Assembly (NCBI RefSeq): GCF_036365525.1
Contig: NC_090399.1
Span: 32,024,430-32,088,429, forward strand
Source of the DNA: Heterodontus francisci
Lineage: Eukaryota
Direction of reading: 5' to 3'
Length of the DNA stretch: 64,000 nucleotides
Part shown: piece after piece, positions 60,256 through 64,000 of the stretch
How positions within the stretch are numbered: position 1 is the stretch's first letter
Layout of the letters: each line of letters starts with the position of its first letter
Made by a program: the position numbers and the translations under genes
Notes under the pieces: generated by a model
What the model was told of the DNA's origin: nothing
The model's input: only the letters and a program-made list of their open reading frames with translations
The model's database searches: none

Positions 60256-60968
60256 TGTTAATGAATTTGGATTTGGGTTAACAGAGATTAGTCAGAACAA
60301 TGTAAGTAGCAACTATTGCAGACATATTGGCTACATCCCATGTCAAGGTGCGAGTATCGAATATTAGCCAGAACAATGGAAGCACCCAAGCAATATCACT
60401 TAACTATTTGGGATTGTCTAGGTCATCCTGGTCCTTTTGTAAAATTAACTGCTCAACAGTTAAGCCATTAAGACAGAAATTATTCAAGTCTGAAGTTTGA
60501 GTGAGTAGGAACTCACTTCAATATACATTCTGAGCATCATGTGATAGAACTCACAGAGAAAGGATAAGGAAATATTGTGAGACAGCCCTTTCTTGGAGGG
60601 AGAACACACAGGATAACTGGAGGGACATCATCTACAAGATTTATCACCTTGCATTTGCAAGAAACAGGTTGTATGAATCTATTGTATAACCGTAATTGTT
60701 ATTAGTGTTGATGGTGTTATTAGTATTGGTATCTGAGTAACAAACTTGCATTTGGACAACACACTCGAGCTAGAAGTATGAGGAATCATTTAATTGTGTT
60801 TTAAAGAATTTCCTAACACGGTATAGCAGGCTCAAGGGACTGACTGAATAGCCTCCTCCTATTCCAGTGTTTACTCTGATTGGTCAGACATGGTGTGGGG
60901 CAGTGAATCTCTCTCTCTGGTTAACCCTGTCCTTGTCCTGTGTCTCCTCCCCACTCTCCCCTCCCCAG

Positions 60969-61130
60969 GAACAGCTGAAGACTCTTGCCAGTGAGATGGT
61001 GAAGGACTCCCCAGAGTTTCACTGCCTGCAGTCCCAGTTCTCCATGCTTTACAATGAGAGCCTGCAGCTCAAGGCCCAGATGGACGATGGCCGCAATCTG
61101 CTCTTCACCACCCAAACCACAGTCGAGTGA
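60969..61130 (+). pseudogene. Orphan internal RNF20/RNF40 exon (partial gene duplicate)
   Basis: ctccccag|GAA; [53 protein letters not shown] resembles RNF20 [35 protein letters not shown]. Confidence 0.85.
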
Positions 61131-61234
61131 AGGACATCACTGAAACAACATGAGATCGAGAGATGGGACTGATGGTGTTTGAAAGAACAACCTCATTGCT
61201 GGGAGAATACAGCTTCAAATTTTCATTTATTATT

Positions 61235-61420
61235 TCATTAATTAATGTGATCAGAAATGTCCAGTCTTTGGAATTTTCCAAGTTAATCCTAAAATAAATA
61301 TATTCTATCACAACACGGACTGAACTTGATGTCGTAATCTGTTTGTTCAATTAAAAAAAAACAGTTTGAACAATGTGGCAACCTCAATATCCCCGGGGAG
61401 ATCCCACAGGGTATAAATTA
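61235..61420 (+). promoter_or_regulatory. Proximal promoter of the GPR139-like gene: homeodomain sites, O/E (EBF) palindrome, TATA box
   Basis: TCATTAATTAATG 61235-61247; CAATTA 61348-61353; TCCCCGGGGA 61390-61399; TATAAA 61412-61417. Confidence 0.6.
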
Positions 61421-61503
61421 CAGGCTCTGGCAATGTGTCACCTCAGAGTTTAATACAGAGAGATTGTCTGCAGCACGAAGGGACACATCACTTCACGCAG
61501 AAA

Positions 61504-61570
61504 ATGTATCTTCCAATTGACAGTATCTTGAAAATATATTACCCAATCCTGGCTGTCATTGGTGTTCCTG
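61504..61570 (+). CDS. First coding exon of a GPR139/GPR142-like rhodopsin-class GPCR; remainder beyond the window
   Basis: aaaATG; MYLPIDSILKIYYPILAVIGVP(x)|gtaagt; YY.IL..IGVP is the TM1 start of this family, with a phase-1 intron before the TM1 Asn. Confidence 0.75.
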
Positions 61571-62249
61571 GTAAGTGACTATAACCATTGAAGTTGTGTA
61601 AATCTGTGTGTGAGCTGGTCTCTGGTTTTACTCTGTGACTGATAATGTTAAATGCTGATCTAGTGGTCACTGTTATACAGACACCTGATCAGTGATATCA
61701 TTTCCTTACGTCAAATATCCTGAATTATCTCTGCAATTTTATCCCATTGTCTCAGCTGATAATAAACCTCTGTTTGTAACTGACAGGGTCTCTGAATTAT
61801 CAAGTTATTGCATTTAGTGGAATGTGGTGTAATGCTGAATTAGATCTGAGTGAAGGCAACTCTCTGAGTGAAGGTATTAGTGGGAGCATCAGTCAGTGTA
61901 AAATCAAACTGAGTGTGAGTCACTAACTGGAGTGGAACACCTGATCCCAGTGACCATGTATTACTGGGAGTATCTGTCACTGTGGAATTGTACTGAGTAA
62001 AATTGTACAACCCGGTTCTATTTTGAAATCATTGTTTCAGGTATCTGATCTCTCCATTCCATGAAGCTGCCTCTGTGTTTTAACAATGTAATTGATTGCA
62101 AAGTGGTTTTGGCTGATGTTTGATAATAAGTGTATAAAGTGAAATGTATTGATATTGCTCTGTCTCCTATTGAACTGCTCCAACAGAAACAGATGTGTTA
62201 CTGACAGTTAAACAGGACAGCACTGTTAAAGCATTCTAATCCTCTGTAT

Positions 62250-63535
62250 AATCACAGAATTACAGAATCACAGAACTGTTACAGTGCAGAAGGAGGCCAT
62301 TTGGCCCATCGTTTCTGCACAGGCTCTCCGAAAGAGCAATTCACATTTTGCCATTCCACCACCTTTTTCCCGTAACCCTGCACATTCTTCCTTTTCATAA
62401 ATCAGTCCAATTCCCTTTTGAATGCTTCAATTGAACCTGCCTCCACCTCACTCTGAGGCAGCACATTCCAGACCATAACCACTCGCTGTGTAAAAAAGGT
62501 TTTCCTCATGTCGCTTTTGCTTCTCTTACCAAATACTTTAAATCTGTGCCCTCTCGTTCTCGATCCTTTCATGAGTGGAACAGTTTCTCTCTGTCTACTC
62601 TGTCCTGATCCCTCATGATTTTGAATGCCTCTATTAAATCACCTCTCAGCCTTCCCTTCTCCAAGGAGAACAGTCCTAACTTCTCCAATCTATCTTCACA
62701 AGTGAAATTCCTCGTCCCTGGAACCATTCATGTGAATCTTTCCTGTACTCTCTCCAATGCCCTCACGTCTTTCCTAAAGTGTGGTGCCCAGAACTGGATG
62801 AAATACTCCAGCTGAGGCCGCACTAGTGTCTTATACAAGTTCAACACAACCTCTTTATTCTTGTCCTTTTTGCTCCTATTAATAAAGCCCAGGATACTAT
62901 ATGCTTCGTTAACTGCTGTCTCGACCTCTCCTGTCACATTCAATGACTTATGCACATATACACAAAGGTCCCTCTGCTCCTGAACCCCCTTTAGAATTGT
63001 ACCCTTTATTTTATATTGTCTCTCCATGTTCTTCCTACCAAAATGAATCACTTCACATTTCTCTGCATTGAATTTCATCTGCCACCTGTCTGCCCATTCC
63101 ACCAACTTGTCTGTGTCCTTTTGGAGTTCTACACTATCCTCCACACAGTTGACACTGCTTCCAAGTTTCATATCATCTGCAAACTTTGAAATTGTGCCCT
63201 GTACATCAAGGTCTGGATCATTAATATATCTCAAGAAAAGCAAGGGTCCCAACACTGATACCCGGGGAACTCCACTACAAACCTTCCTCCAGTCCAAAAA
63301 ACATCCACTAACCACGTCTCTTTGTTTTCTGCCACTCAGCCAATTCCATGTCCATGTTGCTGCCATCCCTTTTATTTCATGAGCTATAAATTTGCTCACA
63401 AGTCTGCAGAGAATGCAGAGAACTGTGAAGTGATTCATTTTGGTAGGAAGAACACAGAGAGACAATATAGAATAAACGTTACAATTCTAAAGGGGGTGCA
63501 GGAGCAGAGGGAGCTGGGTGTAAATGTGCATAATC
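62250..63535 (-). mobile_element. CR1 LINE RT 3' fragment with a short inverted piece (about 63410-63535)
   Basis: SGVPRVSVLGPLLF...ISKFADDMKL...WQMKFNAEKCEVIHFG...LVRPQLEY. Confidence 0.9.
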
Positions 63536-64000
63536 AGGTTTCTTACTCTGAGTATCGTTACTGTAAACACATAAGTTATTTTCGTGATAATTAATCACCT
63601 TCCCCACATGGTCCTGAGAATCTGTGGGTCATGAGTGGTGAATTTTATAATCTGTCTATTACACAGGATGAATATTGGGCTGTGTTTATTGAATCATCCA
63701 CTTCTGTAACTGATTGTGGTTTGACGGGATCAGTTCCTATATATGATTCAGAGTCTTGACACATGTAACCTGTACCGATCTCTGCCCTTAGCTCAGTGAG
63801 GAGTGTCCCTGTGAGGAGAGACACCTGTAACTGAGGAACAGACATTGGGTTTTCATAATACAGAGATCAGATCGAGGGCAGTAAATAATAACATTAGTAA
63901 ACTATTAATGATGAAATAAATAGTACACTTCTCTCAGTTCAGGTATAATTGTGGTTAAAATAATTGCACCTTCTCCAGTGCATCAATATCCTTTTTGTAA

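Overview
Repeat-dense vertebrate genomic DNA, almost certainly from a cartilaginous fish (shark): it carries HE1-type V-SINEs, CR1/L2 LINEs, Deu-SINE remnants and a shark-type MHC class I sequence. Host genes and gene pieces, none captured properly by the ORF track: (1) the last five coding exons of a BRE1 E3 ligase, RNF20-like (+, 1530-5659); (2) a convergent FAM216B-like gene (-, about 7070-13560) with a FOX plus RFX-like promoter; (3) a decayed non-classical MHC class I gene (+; alpha1 46073-46327, alpha2 46671-46939, TM 54275-54383) with no alpha3 exon and a 6.8-kb G-rich satellite in that position; (4) an orphan internal RNF20/40 exon (60969-61130); (5) the promoter and first coding exon of a GPR139-like GPCR (61504-61570) with a homeodomain + O/E(EBF) + TATA layout resembling olfactory receptor promoters. 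The rest is mobile DNA: nested Gmr1-like Gypsy elements, a Harbinger transposon with both termini, Penelope-like fragments with hammerhead ribozyme motifs, an ERV-like remnant, LINEs, SINEs, minisatellites and an inverted duplication with arms of about 460 bp. Homology calls come from recalled family motifs, not database searches. Exon boundaries were counted by hand; repeat boundaries are approximate.
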